From contig OZ220670.1 in assembly GCA_965116255.1 (NCBI GenBank), positions 522,293 through 586,292 on the forward strand: 64,000 bases of DNA, in the 5' to 3' direction. Positions 48,198 to 57,953 of the stretch are shown piece by piece. A program made the translations under genes and the position numbers. Source of the stretch: Dehalococcoidia bacterium. GTDB taxonomy: Bacteria > Chloroflexota > Dehalococcoidia > Lucifugimonadales > Australimonadaceae. The notes under the pieces were generated by a model, which was not told the DNA's origin, ran no database searches, and saw nothing but the letters and a program-made list of their open reading frames with translations. How positions within the stretch are numbered: position 1 is the first letter of the stretch; each line of letters begins with the position of its first letter.

Positions 48198-49019
48198 GTG
48201 CAAATGGAGGCGCAGCATCTCGTTTGTGCGATCGAGGTTGAAGACATAGCCAGCGTGCAGGCGTTCTTCGAGGCGTTTGGCGGCGAGCAAAGGCCCGCGC
48301 CGCCTGGAAGCATGCGGTTGCAGGTCGGCATGGGATTGGTCGAACTGACGCACCGCGAGCACGGCTACCCTTTCTATCCACCGTTCAGTGTCAAGCTGGT
48401 CGTGGGCGACCCAGAGTGGTGGCGAATGCGTCTTGCCTCGAAGGGTGTCGAGGTGCCCGACAGCCTTTCGACCTCACCCGCCGGCCAGCGCGGGTTCACG
48501 AAAGCAACGCCTGCAGGGCCGGATGTACTCATCGCCGAGCCGCTGGCAGGCGTTGACGATGCGTCGCTACAGACGCCAACCGGCGAAGGCCCGCAGGTCC
48601 TTCACTTCCAGACGACGTGGTGGTCTAAGCAATGGCAGGCCGATTACGCCTTTCTGACCAACGAGGGGCTTGGCTTTGTAACCTCGCGGGGACGCGGCGA
48701 GCCGGAAGGCAGCCGTATCTGTTTCCTCCGCGCCGCCTACGACGGCAAGGCCATCGTGGAGGTCGTCGACGGCCTCTTCGATGACTACGCAGGCCCGGGG
48801 CTGCACTGGCTCATCTCGATAGTCGTAGACGACGCGGCAGCATTTCAGCGCCGCATGGCGGAGGCAGGTCAGCCGGTGACGGACGTTAGGCCGTCTCCCT
48901 GGGGTGTCCCGTCGTTCACCGGGAAGAGTGAACACGGACCGCTGCTGTTCGTGTACCAAGAGCGTGAGGGGGGCACGCCCGGCATGGTCGGCGCGCCAGC
49001 GGGACTTTCGTCAATGTAA
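48198..49019 (+). CDS. hypothetical protein, possibly two-domain VOC/glyoxalase-like
   Basis: 273 aa with coding-like codon bias. Repeated beta-alpha-beta-beta-beta-like halves (VCAIEVEDIASVQAFFEAFG... and LISIVVDDAAAFQRRMAEAG...). Assignment is tentative. Confidence 0.45.
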   Translation: MQMEAQHLVCAIEVEDIASVQAFFEAFGGEQRPAPPGSMRLQVGMGLVELTHREHGYPFYPPFSVKLVVGDPEWWRMRLASKGVEVPDSLSTSPAGQRGFTKATPAGPDVLIAEPLAGVDDASLQTPTGEGPQVLHFQTTWWSKQWQADYAFLTNEGLGFVTSRGRGEPEGSRICFLRAAYDGKAIVEVVDGLFDDYAGPGLHWLISIVVDDAAAFQRRMAEAGQPVTDVRPSPWGVPSFTGKSEHGPLLFVYQEREGGTPGMVGAPAGLSSM

Positions 49020-49079
49020 CGAACGTGCTGGTAGAATAGGGCACGGCGGATACGCGCAAGGCTGCGATCCGACCCAGCC

Positions 49080-49859
49080 ATGTTGCTAGCCATCGACATC
49101 GGCAACACGAACGTTACGCTCGGCGTATTCGACGCGGATGCGCTCGTCGCCTCGTGGCGGCTATCGACCGATCCCCGCCGTATGGCGGATGAATACGCAC
49201 TCCAACTGAGCGAGCTCCTACCGATGAAGGGCGTGCCCGTTGACGCTATCCATGACGCGGCAATGTGCAGCGTTGTGCCGCCGCTGACCGGCGTATTCGT
49301 TGAGGCGTCGCGGACGCTGCTAGGCGTCGACCCTCTGGTGATAGGCGCAGGGGTGCGAACGGGCGTGCGAGTGCAGTACGACAACCCACACGACGTTGGT
49401 GCCGACCGCGTGGTGGACGCGGCGGCGGCGTACCACTTCTACGGCGCACCCGCCATCATCGTCGACTTTGGCACCGCGACGGTATTTGACGCCGTCTCGG
49501 CAGAGGGCGCATACCTCGGAGGCGCGATTGCGCCTGGGTTAACTGTAGCCGCCGAATCGCTGTTCCAGAGCACGTCAATGCTGCGGCGGGTGGAGATGGC
49601 GGCACCACAGTCCGCGATCGGCAAGAATACTGCCCACTCAATGCAATCTGGGCTTGTATTCGGCTACGCAGGTCTGGTCGATGCGATGGTGCGGCGCTTT
49701 AAGGAAGAATTAGGCGGCAACGCCCAGGTGATCGCGACGGGCGGCCTCGCACCGCTGATGGCGGAAGAGACCAACGCCATTGACATCATTGACGAGCACC
49801 TCACGCTGCGCGGGCTGCGCTATCTTCACCAACTCAACCCGGCGGAGGAAGCGCCATGA
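49080..49859 (+). CDS. coaX: type III pantothenate kinase
   Basis: MLLAIDIGNTNVTLGVF, DVGADR, and VDFGTAT motifs of the ASKHA-fold CoaX. Confidence 0.92.
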   Translation: MLLAIDIGNTNVTLGVFDADALVASWRLSTDPRRMADEYALQLSELLPMKGVPVDAIHDAAMCSVVPPLTGVFVEASRTLLGVDPLVIGAGVRTGVRVQYDNPHDVGADRVVDAAAAYHFYGAPAIIVDFGTATVFDAVSAEGAYLGGAIAPGLTVAAESLFQSTSMLRRVEMAAPQSAIGKNTAHSMQSGLVFGYAGLVDAMVRRFKEELGGNAQVIATGGLAPLMAEETNAIDIIDEHLTLRGLRYLHQLNPAEEAP

Positions 49860-51049
49860 GGCCATTCGACCGCAAACGCGTGCTGCTGGGCGTATCCGGA
49901 TCCATCGCCGCGTACAAGGCTGCCGACCTCGCGTCGAAACTGACGCAGGCCGGCGCGCTGGTGGACGTTGCGATGACAGATGCAGCGACCAAGTTCGTCG
50001 GACCGGTGACATTCCGAAGCGTTACCCGCCGCTCAGTACTTACCGACCTGTTCGACCTGGAATCGGACGAGGCTATCGAGCACATCGCGCTGGCGAAAGC
50101 GGCGGATGTGATGGTAGTCGCACCTGCAACAGCGAACATTCTCTACAAGCTAGCGCACGGACAAGCGGACGACCCGATCAGCGTCATGGCGCTTGCCACG
50201 CATGCTCCACTGCTGGTCGCACCGGCGATGGACGGTGGCATGTGGGAGCATCCCGCCGTACAGGCGAATGTCGAGTCGCTCCGTACGAGGGGCGTCGCGT
50301 TCGCAGGGCCAGCAGCTGGACGCATGGCGTCGGGTATCACAGGCATCGGCCGACTCGCGGAGACGCCGGAATTGATGGGGCGCATCGCGCCGATACTGGG
50401 GCGCAGTGGAGCGCTAGCCGGTATCGGCGTGGTCGTATCAGCAGGGGGTACAGAAGAACCAATCGACCCGGTGCGCGTGGTCACCAACCGCTCGTCAGGC
50501 AAGATGGGGTACGCGATAGCTGAGGCAGCACGCGACAGCGGAGCGACCGTGACGCTCGTCGCCGCACCAACCGCACTGCCCGACCTGGTCGGCGTCACCA
50601 CCGTATGCGTAGGGACCGCAGCGGAGATGGCGGAGGCAGTCAACGAGGCCTGTTCGACTGCACGTGTGCTCATCATGGCGGCGGCAGTCGCCGACTACAG
50701 GCCGCGCTCACCCCGTGGCGAGAAGATCAAGAAGGGCGATGCAGCCTCGCTGACGGTCGAGATGGAACAAACGGCCGACATCATCGCGTCGGCGCCGAAA
50801 TCGCTGCTGCGTGTGGGCTTTGCGGCGGAGAGCAACGACTTGCTTGCCAACGCGCGCCAGAAGTTGGAATCGAAGGGGCTCGACATGGTCGTCGTGAACG
50901 ACATCTCGCGCTCCGATATAGGCTTCGGCTCAGACGATAACCAGGTAACACTGCTAGCGCGGTCCGGCAGCCCAGAGGAGCTGCCGCTGATGAGCAAGCA
51001 AGACGTCGCGTGGGCAATCGTAGATAGAATCGCCGCCCTCCTCCGCTAG
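49856..51049 (+). CDS. coaBC: bifunctional phosphopantothenoylcysteine decarboxylase / phosphopantothenate--cysteine ligase
   Basis: N-terminal flavoprotein domain (LLGVSGSIAAYKA) and C-terminal CoaB (VSAGGTEEPIDPVRVVTNRSSGKMG). 4-nt overlap with coaX. Confidence 0.92.
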   Translation: MRPFDRKRVLLGVSGSIAAYKAADLASKLTQAGALVDVAMTDAATKFVGPVTFRSVTRRSVLTDLFDLESDEAIEHIALAKAADVMVVAPATANILYKLAHGQADDPISVMALATHAPLLVAPAMDGGMWEHPAVQANVESLRTRGVAFAGPAAGRMASGITGIGRLAETPELMGRIAPILGRSGALAGIGVVVSAGGTEEPIDPVRVVTNRSSGKMGYAIAEAARDSGATVTLVAAPTALPDLVGVTTVCVGTAAEMAEAVNEACSTARVLIMAAAVADYRPRSPRGEKIKKGDAASLTVEMEQTADIIASAPKSLLRVGFAAESNDLLANARQKLESKGLDMVVVNDISRSDIGFGSDDNQVTLLARSGSPEELPLMSKQDVAWAIVDRIAALLR

Positions 51050-51056
51050 CGCGGGG

Positions 51057-52025
51057 GTGCCGAGACTGCAAATCGGGTTGATGAAAGAGGGAAGCGCCCG
51101 TAGGAGCGTTGCCGTCGTTAGCTGGAATATCGGCGAACGTCGTGAGCCGTGGCGCCAGCTGGCGACAATGGACGCCAAGATAGCCCTTCTGCAAGAGGCC
51201 ACTCCACCTCCAAGCGACGCTGTACGGCTCCGGGGCCAACCCTCCCGCCGGCCGAAACCACTGGAGTGCTCGAAACAGGCCCGCAAGAGACGTGGGGCTC
51301 GCATTCGTGGAACCCGGACTGGTGCCGCGGGCGTGGTTGGAAGGCATTCGTTGATCGATGGCCGATGGTCGTGCGCCTCTCAGAGCGCGTGGAAGTGGAG
51401 TGGTTCAGGCAGGTTGGCCCAGGGGGGGGCCGGGCGAGATTGAGGTTAGCGGCATGGGGACGATAGTAGCGGCGCGCATCAAGCCGAAGGGCGACTCGAT
51501 CGAACCACTCATTGCAGTCTCGATGTATGGGCGGTAGTTGGGGCCCGCATCCGAGGGTCCGGTCATCGTGGATCTATTCGGATGCCTCTGTCCACCGCAT
51601 AATTTCAGACCTCTCAGCGTACATTGGACATGCCAATGCGACGAGGCATCGCACCATTGCCGCAGGTGACCTTAACCTCTTGCACGGCTACGGTGGCGCA
51701 GGCGACCCCTACTGGGAAGCACTCTATCGGTCCGTGTTCGAAAGGATGAGAGCGATCGGACTAGAGTTCGTCGGACCACAGGCCCCGCATGGTCGCCCGC
51801 CAACAACACCGCCGGTCGGCCAACCGGCTGATTCACGGAACGTTGGGGCATTCGCCGCCAGCGCCCAGTCCCCGGCTAACGCAGTCAGCCAACTCGACTA
51901 CGCCTTCGCTTCGGGTGGGTTCCATGAGCGCATCAAAGTGCGTGCGCTGAACGAGGCCAAGGAGTGGGCCGAGCGACCACTGTCGCCTGCTCATCAAGAT
52001 CGCGGGGGCGATGCACGCCTGCTAG
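51057..52025 (+). pseudogene. endonuclease/exonuclease/phosphatase (EEP) family gene, disrupted by at least 4 frameshifts
   Basis: EEP-like segments are spread over three frames. The N-terminal VAVVSWNIGERREPW...ALLQEA is in frame 0. WNPDWCRGRGWKAFVDRWPMVVRLSERVEVEWFRQV is in frame 2. EIEVSGMGTIVAARIKPKGDSIEPLIAVSMYGR then hits a stop in frame 1. SSWIYSDASVHRIISD...AAGDLNLLHGYGG...QLDYAFAS is in frame 2. The terminal GPSDHCRLLIKI signature is in frame 0 and ends at TAG 52023-52025. A G8 run lies at 51422-51429. Confidence 0.75.
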
Positions 52026-53299
52026 CCAGCCTCCGTAGTCGCATGCCGTGCGCCGATCGGCCCTGTCGTGGGGGCGCGTCGGGAGCGAGGAACCTCTCTG
52101 ACGAGAAGGAGCGCTACGACGGCAGTGACCGCAAAGACGATTGAGTCGAGTACGAAAACCGCCTTGAGGTCGATAGCGAATGCAACGGCGCCTCCCGCCA
52201 GCGGGCCGAGGGCAATCGCCATCGCCATCACCGTCTGAGACGCGCCAAAAACTGCCCCATGCTTACCCTCGGGTGTCGCGATGGCGATAAGGCCGTTGAC
52301 GATGCCGACCAGCCCTCCTTGCATTAGCCCGACCGCTCCAAGCAACAGTGCCAGTTGTGGAACGGAATTGGCGAACAACGCCAGCAAATAGAAGCCGGCA
52401 GCGCAGACGGACAGAACGGCGAATGTCCGTTTGAGACCGAACCGCGAGCCATAGTAGCCGATCGTTATGGCGGAGATGGCGTTGGCCGCACCCATCGACA
52501 TGAAGACGATGCCCGCGCCGGTTGCCGCACCCCCCTCCCCCGTGAATGCCTCGACGATGACGGGAAGCGCTGGGAAGGTAACCAGCAGCGCAGCATGGAC
52601 GAAAAAGACAACGACAAAAAGCGGCCAGAACTCCCGGGATGTCGCGGTCCCCACAAGGTCTCGGAAGGGTTGAAAAGGGCTTTTGAGAGGCGTCACTGGT
52701 CTGACAAATCCTTCTCGGACAAAGAGTTGGACTAGTATCGCGGGCACAGCCAACCCGATGCCATTGGCGAAAAAGGCTATTCGCATCCCGTAGGTCTCGA
52801 ACAGCAGTCCGCCTACAACGGGGCCGATAGTGCCACCAAAGAACATGCCCGACTGGAGCACACCCGTTGCAAACGCGACGCGGCGGCGCGGCGTGCCCGC
52901 AGCAACGAGCGCAAGCATCGCCGCTCCTACTCCAGCTAACGCGCCGGCAAAGAAACGGCTGACGATGAGCTGCTCTGGGTTTTGCGCGAACCCTGAGAGC
53001 CCAAGAACTACGGCGCCCATCGCGGTGGCGCGGACAACGTTCAACTTGCGTCCAAATCGGTCGCCGATGACACCCCATATGGGGCTGAAAATGGCCATAC
53101 CGAGGCCCAAGGCCCAGCCGGATACGCCAGCAATAAATGCCGCGCGCCCCGGATCATCGATGCCCAGGTCTTTGAAGAAAAGCGCAAAGAAGGGGAACGT
53201 AAATGTGAAGGATAGAACGGTTGCAGCCTGCGCCACCCACATGACGGCAAGGTTCCGCCGCCAGGGCACCTCGCTATTCGAGTCGGACGACATGCACAC
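52022..53299 (-). CDS. MFS transporter
   Basis: 425 aa, ~12 TM. MFS motif A GVIGDRFGRKLNV between TM2 and TM3. Confidence 0.85.
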   Translation of the reverse strand: MCMSSDSNSEVPWRRNLAVMWVAQAATVLSFTFTFPFFALFFKDLGIDDPGRAAFIAGVSGWALGLGMAIFSPIWGVIGDRFGRKLNVVRATAMGAVVLGLSGFAQNPEQLIVSRFFAGALAGVGAAMLALVAAGTPRRRVAFATGVLQSGMFFGGTIGPVVGGLLFETYGMRIAFFANGIGLAVPAILVQLFVREGFVRPVTPLKSPFQPFRDLVGTATSREFWPLFVVVFFVHAALLVTFPALPVIVEAFTGEGGAATGAGIVFMSMGAANAISAITIGYYGSRFGLKRTFAVLSVCAAGFYLLALFANSVPQLALLLGAVGLMQGGLVGIVNGLIAIATPEGKHGAVFGASQTVMAMAIALGPLAGGAVAFAIDLKAVFVLDSIVFAVTAVVALLLVREVPRSRRAPTTGPIGARHATTEAG

Positions 53300-53365
53300 C
53301 TGAAACGAAGATTCAAGTGCAATTGTAACAGGCCACTTGCAGCCCTAACCGGCTCTAGGGCGCCG

Positions 53366-53395
53366 TTGACCCTAGTTGTGCGGCGCCGATACAAT
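53366..53395 (+). promoter_or_regulatory. candidate sigma-70-type promoter of valS
   Basis: TTGACC (53366-53371), an 18-nt spacer, then TACAAT (53390-53395). Lies 32 nt upstream of the valS ATG. Confidence 0.45.
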
Positions 53396-53427
53396 CGCGG
53401 GAAGCAGACCATCACCAGCCGGAATAG

Positions 53428-56088
53428 ATGACGAGCACCCGCCGCGAGCCCCTGCCCAAGGCATACGACCCCTCATCGGTCGAGCAACGCCTATACGCTT
53501 GGTGGGAGTCGTCGGGCTACTTCAAGGCAACCCCCAACCCGGATAAGCGCCCCTTCACCATCGTGATGCCGCCGCCCAACGTGACGGGCGAGCTGCATAT
53601 CGGTCATGCGCTGACGGCGGCAATCGAGGACGCGCTAGTGCGCTACCACCGGATGCTGGGCGATGAAGCGCTGTGGCTGCCCGGCACCGACCACGCGTCG
53701 ATCGCCACGCAGATGGTCGTCGAGCGCGAGTTGGCCAAGGTAGGACTGAGACGTCAGGAACTGGGCCGCGAAGCCTTTCTTGGGCGCGTCTGGGAATGGG
53801 TTAACCACTACGGCGACTACATCGACAATCAACACCGGCGCCTAGGGGCGTCGTGCGATTGGTCGAGAGACAGCTTCACGATGGATGCCGGGCCCAGCCG
53901 AGCCGTGCGCGAGACGTTCAAGCGGCTCTACGACAAGGGGCTCATCTACCGCGGACAGCGGATGATCAACTGGGACCCGCAGTTGCAGACGGTGCTCTCC
54001 GACCTCGAAGTCGAGCATGTGGAAACGGACGGAGCGCTGTACCACATCCGCTACCTGCTGGAAGACGGCAGTGGGCATTTGACGGTGGCAACCACGCGGC
54101 CCGAGACACTGCTCGGCGACACCGCAGTGGCAGTCAATCCCCATGACGCTCGCTTTTCCGCATATTGGGGTCGTCGTGTTGTGCTGCCCGTGCTCGGGCA
54201 CACGATTCCTGTCGTCGCCGACGAGGCAGTGGCGATGGACTTCGGCACGGGGGTGCTGAAGATTACGCCCGCACACGATCCTCACGACTACGAGGTCGGC
54301 AAGCGGCACGGATTGCCCGAGGTCAATGTCCTCAACCCGGACGGATCGATGAATGACGCGGCGGGGCCGTACACAGGCATGGAACGCTTTGCTGCTCGCA
54401 AGGCCATCGTCGCGCAGCTGGAGCGCGAGGGGCTGCTCGAAAGCGTAACGCCGCACGTCCATGCAGTAGGACACTCGCAGCGCTCGGGCGTTCCGGTTGA
54501 GCCGATGGTCAGCACCCAATGGTTCGTCGACGTTGCGCCGATGGCAAAGCGTGCGCGCAAGGCGGTCGAAAGCGGTGCAATCGAGATCGTGCCCGAACGC
54601 TTCAAGGCCACCTACGACAGTTGGCTGAGGGACATCCGCGACTGGTGCATCAGCCGTCAGCTGTGGTGGGGGCACCGCATCCCCGTCTGGTATTGCGACG
54701 ACTGCCGGCACGTCACCGTGGCAGTGGACGACGCTGATCGGTGCGAATCGTGTGCGTCATCGCACATCAGCCAGGACGAAGATGTTCTCGACACCTGGTT
54801 CTCGTCGGGTCTGTGGCCGCACTCGACGCTTGGCTGGCCAGACGACACGGACGATTTGCGCTACTTCTACCCCGGCTCCGTCATGGAGACGGGCTACGAC
54901 ATCCTTTTCTTCTGGGTCGCGCGGATGGTCATGCTGGGCTTGGAGAACATGGACGATGTGCCGTTCCAGCGCGTCTATCTCCACGGGATGGTGCGCGACG
55001 CCTACGGGCAGAAGATGAGCAAGTCGCGTGGGAACGTCATCGACCCGCTGGAAGCAAGCGACCGCTACGGGACGGATGCCCTGCGCTTCGCGCTTGGAAC
55101 GGGCTCCGCGCCCGGCAACGACATGCGGCTGAGCGACGACCGCCTCGAGGCAGGCCGCAACTTCGCAAACAAGATTTGGAACGCTGCGCGATTCGTCCTA
55201 GGCGTGCTCGAGGAGGGCGAACTGACCGGCTGGCACAGTGCACCGCCGCGTGAGCATCGGGAGGATAGGTGGATACTGGGCCGGCTCGACCAGGTCGCTG
55301 CGGAAGTGCGGGAGAGCATCGAGGCGTTCCAATTGGGTGAGGCGCAGCGCACGCTGCATGAGTTCATCTGGGGCGACTACTGTGACTGGTACATCGAATT
55401 AGCCAAGGTGCGGATGCGCGCCGGCGATGGCGCGGCCAAGGTGGTGCTGGCGCATGTGCTAGAGCGGTCGCTGCGCCTCTTGCACCCCTTCATGCCATTC
55501 GTCACCGAAGAAGTGTGGCAGCACTTGACGGCGGCGCTGCCGAGAGAAAGCGGCGCGCACGAGTCCATCATGATAGCCCCGTACCCTGAACCGTCGGGCC
55601 TCCCGGTAGACGCACAGGCGCTTGCCGACATCTCGCTAGTGACAGAGGTGGTGCGCGCGATACGGAACGTGCGCGCGGAGTTTCACGTCGCGCCGTCGCA
55701 GCCATTGGACGCACGCATCGAAGCGCCGGAGGCGGAGCGCGATGCGATAGTGGGTGAAGCGGACGCCATCAAGCAGTCGGCTTCGGTTGGCCGAATTGAG
55801 TTTGGCGCAAGCGGGCCCTCGCAGGGAAGCGTCAAACTTATCGTGCAGCGGACGGTGGTCGCACTGTCGATGGGAGGCGTCATTGACATTGCGGCTGAAA
55901 CAGCACGCCTCCAAGCGGAAGCTGACGAGACGGCGCGGCGCGTTAGCAGCCTCGAGGCGCAATTAGCCAACGATGCGTTTGTGAGCAAGGCGCCTGCCGA
56001 AGTAGTCGAGCGCGAGCGGCAGCGACTGGAAGCAGGTCGAGCGCGTCAGGCGCGTCTCGGCGAACTGCTTGCCGACTTGGCTTCCTAG
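53428..56088 (+). CDS. valS: valine--tRNA ligase
   Basis: Class I motifs PPPNVTGELHIGH (HIGH) and KMSKS, a CP1 editing domain, and a C-terminal coiled coil. 886 aa. Confidence 0.95.
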   Translation: MTSTRREPLPKAYDPSSVEQRLYAWWESSGYFKATPNPDKRPFTIVMPPPNVTGELHIGHALTAAIEDALVRYHRMLGDEALWLPGTDHASIATQMVVERELAKVGLRRQELGREAFLGRVWEWVNHYGDYIDNQHRRLGASCDWSRDSFTMDAGPSRAVRETFKRLYDKGLIYRGQRMINWDPQLQTVLSDLEVEHVETDGALYHIRYLLEDGSGHLTVATTRPETLLGDTAVAVNPHDARFSAYWGRRVVLPVLGHTIPVVADEAVAMDFGTGVLKITPAHDPHDYEVGKRHGLPEVNVLNPDGSMNDAAGPYTGMERFAARKAIVAQLEREGLLESVTPHVHAVGHSQRSGVPVEPMVSTQWFVDVAPMAKRARKAVESGAIEIVPERFKATYDSWLRDIRDWCISRQLWWGHRIPVWYCDDCRHVTVAVDDADRCESCASSHISQDEDVLDTWFSSGLWPHSTLGWPDDTDDLRYFYPGSVMETGYDILFFWVARMVMLGLENMDDVPFQRVYLHGMVRDAYGQKMSKSRGNVIDPLEASDRYGTDALRFALGTGSAPGNDMRLSDDRLEAGRNFANKIWNAARFVLGVLEEGELTGWHSAPPREHREDRWILGRLDQVAAEVRESIEAFQLGEAQRTLHEFIWGDYCDWYIELAKVRMRAGDGAAKVVLAHVLERSLRLLHPFMPFVTEEVWQHLTAALPRESGAHESIMIAPYPEPSGLPVDAQALADISLVTEVVRAIRNVRAEFHVAPSQPLDARIEAPEAERDAIVGEADAIKQSASVGRIEFGASGPSQGSVKLIVQRTVVALSMGGVIDIAAETARLQAEADETARRVSSLEAQLANDAFVSKAPAEVVERERQRLEAGRARQARLGELLADLAS

Positions 56089-56128
56089 CGCGCAGTGGTC
56101 GCGTACACGATAGAGGAGGTGCAGCCGA

Positions 56129-56503
56129 ATGGAACGGCGTAGCCTACACGGAGACATTCTTAAGACGGCGTCATGGACGCTGGAGCTGGCAGAGACGTCA
56201 CGAACCGTCATTCTCAGTGGCTACACAGCGCGGGAGCATGGGTCGCTCGCCGAGCAGACGGCGGACATACTGCGGACGCTTGGCGAGAGGCTTACCGACT
56301 ACGGCCTCTCACCCTTGGACATTTGCTACTGGGACATGGTTTGCGACTGGTCGGTAACGGACGACGATGTCATGGCCAACGTCATCCCCCAGCTGCAGGA
56401 GTTCTTTGGCGCAGCCGAGCCGCTGCCCGCGGCGGGAATCCTCAAGTACGCCCGTCTATTCCGCGGCAAGCTCATAGAGATGGAAATGGTTGCATTTGAA
56501 TAG
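56129..56503 (+). CDS. hypothetical protein, RidA/YjgF-like
   Basis: GAGGAGG SD 9 nt upstream. 124 aa ending KLIEMEMVAFE, like the RidA C-terminal strand. Tentative. Confidence 0.5.
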   Translation: MERRSLHGDILKTASWTLELAETSRTVILSGYTAREHGSLAEQTADILRTLGERLTDYGLSPLDICYWDMVCDWSVTDDDVMANVIPQLQEFFGAAEPLPAAGILKYARLFRGKLIEMEMVAFE

Positions 56504-57227
56504 CGGCCGCAGCAAGCTCTCGGAACGGCGGCTGCTCGAAGCGCCGGGCGGCAGGGCCATCGGCCTCGTACAGGCAGGACGCGTGTTCTGCGAGATGATA
56601 CGCGGTTACCGCGCACTGCACTTCGTCGGACCGTGTGTCACCATTTTCGGCTCTGCGCGCATAAGAGAAGGCCACCCACACTATGAACTGGCGCGCGCGA
56701 CGGGGGCAGCGCTGGCACTGGAGGGGTTCACGGTGATGACGGGTGGAGGGCCGGGCATCATGGAAGCGGCATTGCGAGGCGCAAAGGAGGCTGGAGGCAC
56801 CACCGTCGGCGTGGGCATCGACTTGCCTAAGGAAGCAGGCCGGAACGCCTATGCGGACTACTGGGTGGAGTTCAGCTACTTCTTTGTGCGCAAGGTCATG
56901 CTGGTCAAGTATTCCTACGGCTTCATCACCATGCCGGGTGGGTTCGGAACGCTGGACGAAGTATTCGAAACCGCAACGCTCATACAGACCAACAAGGCGC
57001 CCGGCTTTCCACTCGTATTGATGGGCAGCGAATTCTGGCAGCCTCTCTTGGCATTCACGCGCGACACGTTGGTCGCTGAAGGGGCAATCGACCAGGCCGA
57101 TTTTGACCGCTTCACCCTGACTGACTCACCAGAGGATGCGGCGGCGCTCATCAAGCGCATGGCGATCGAGAAGTTCGGCGTACGTTACGCCGAACGCCCC
57201 CGGCGACGGCGCTGGCTACTTGAGTAG
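56490..57227 (+). CDS. LOG/TIGR00730 family Rossmann-fold nucleotide-binding protein (lysine-decarboxylase-like)
   Basis: VTIFGSAR, GGGPGIMEA, and PGGFGTLDEVFE motifs. Start is uncertain (TTG 56490 overlapping the upstream gene, or ATG 56595). Confidence 0.85.
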   Translation: MHLNSGRSKLSERRLLEAPGGRAIGLVQAGRVFCEMIRGYRALHFVGPCVTIFGSARIREGHPHYELARATGAALALEGFTVMTGGGPGIMEAALRGAKEAGGTTVGVGIDLPKEAGRNAYADYWVEFSYFFVRKVMLVKYSYGFITMPGGFGTLDEVFETATLIQTNKAPGFPLVLMGSEFWQPLLAFTRDTLVAEGAIDQADFDRFTLTDSPEDAAALIKRMAIEKFGVRYAERPRRRRWLLE

Positions 57228-57237
57228 TACGTCGACA

Positions 57238-57939
57238 CTAAAGCGATGCGCGGCGAAGCGACTCCAACTTGGCGAGCCCCTTTTGCGTATCGGACGCAAC
57301 GCGTGCCTTGTCATGACTTGCGAGACGCAAGTGCCAGCACCAGTAGATGAACGCCTTCCATTCGGCAAGGCTGTGCTTGACGCGTACACGCTGGCCTCGT
57401 TGGCGGTGAAAGGCGCGCCACAAGTCGTCGAAACTGCGGTCGTACAGCCGCTCGACGACGGCGTCGTCGAGGTCGAGCGAATGGGCGAGGCCGCGGACAT
57501 TGCGCTGCTTGACCACCTCCGACTCGACCGCAAGCCACAGCGCCTCTTCCACCACGACGCCGTAGAAGAAGTTGAGGTGCGCGCGACGGAGTGCAGCGCC
57601 GAGGGCTGCCCTGAAACGCCCCGGCGTGATGCTGGGAAGGCGCCCTTCAAATAGCAGGCATTCCTGCTCGTCGAGCGGCGCGGCGCCGGGGGTATCGAGA
57701 AGGAGCCGCTCAGCTACGGCGAGCCAGTCGAACGCCTCGCCTTCGATAAAGTAGACGAATTCACGGCCATTGACGGTTTCGGCAGGCATCGTCCACGCGC
57801 CAACGGCATCCAGCAGCGCATCTTCCCAGGAGCGCCCGGCAGCGAGCCCCTCACGCCAGAGCGCAAGCGGCGCCTGTCCAGCCCCCTTGGAGGCCGCCAA
57901 GCCAGGTGGCACGCTACGCTGCATGCGTGTAGCGATCAT
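57238..57939 (-). CDS. hypothetical protein (233 aa)
   Basis: Starts 14 nt downstream of the secA stop on the same strand. Coding-like codon bias. No recognisable motif. Confidence 0.5.
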   Translation of the reverse strand: MIATRMQRSVPPGLAASKGAGQAPLALWREGLAAGRSWEDALLDAVGAWTMPAETVNGREFVYFIEGEAFDWLAVAERLLLDTPGAAPLDEQECLLFEGRLPSITPGRFRAALGAALRRAHLNFFYGVVVEEALWLAVESEVVKQRNVRGLAHSLDLDDAVVERLYDRSFDDLWRAFHRQRGQRVRVKHSLAEWKAFIYWCWHLRLASHDKARVASDTQKGLAKLESLRRASL

Positions 57940-57953
57940 CGGAGAGTCCTGCG

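Noticed and set aside
52263-53078. 271-aa ORF on the - strand inside the second MFS gene
   Set aside because: It is an alternate frame of the same strand. It is Arg/Cys/His-rich and non-membrane-like, whereas the 52022..53299 frame gives a 12-TM MFS protein with motif A.
53842-54711. 289-aa ORF on the - strand
   Set aside because: It is antisense to valS (HIGH and KMSKS motifs are on the + strand).
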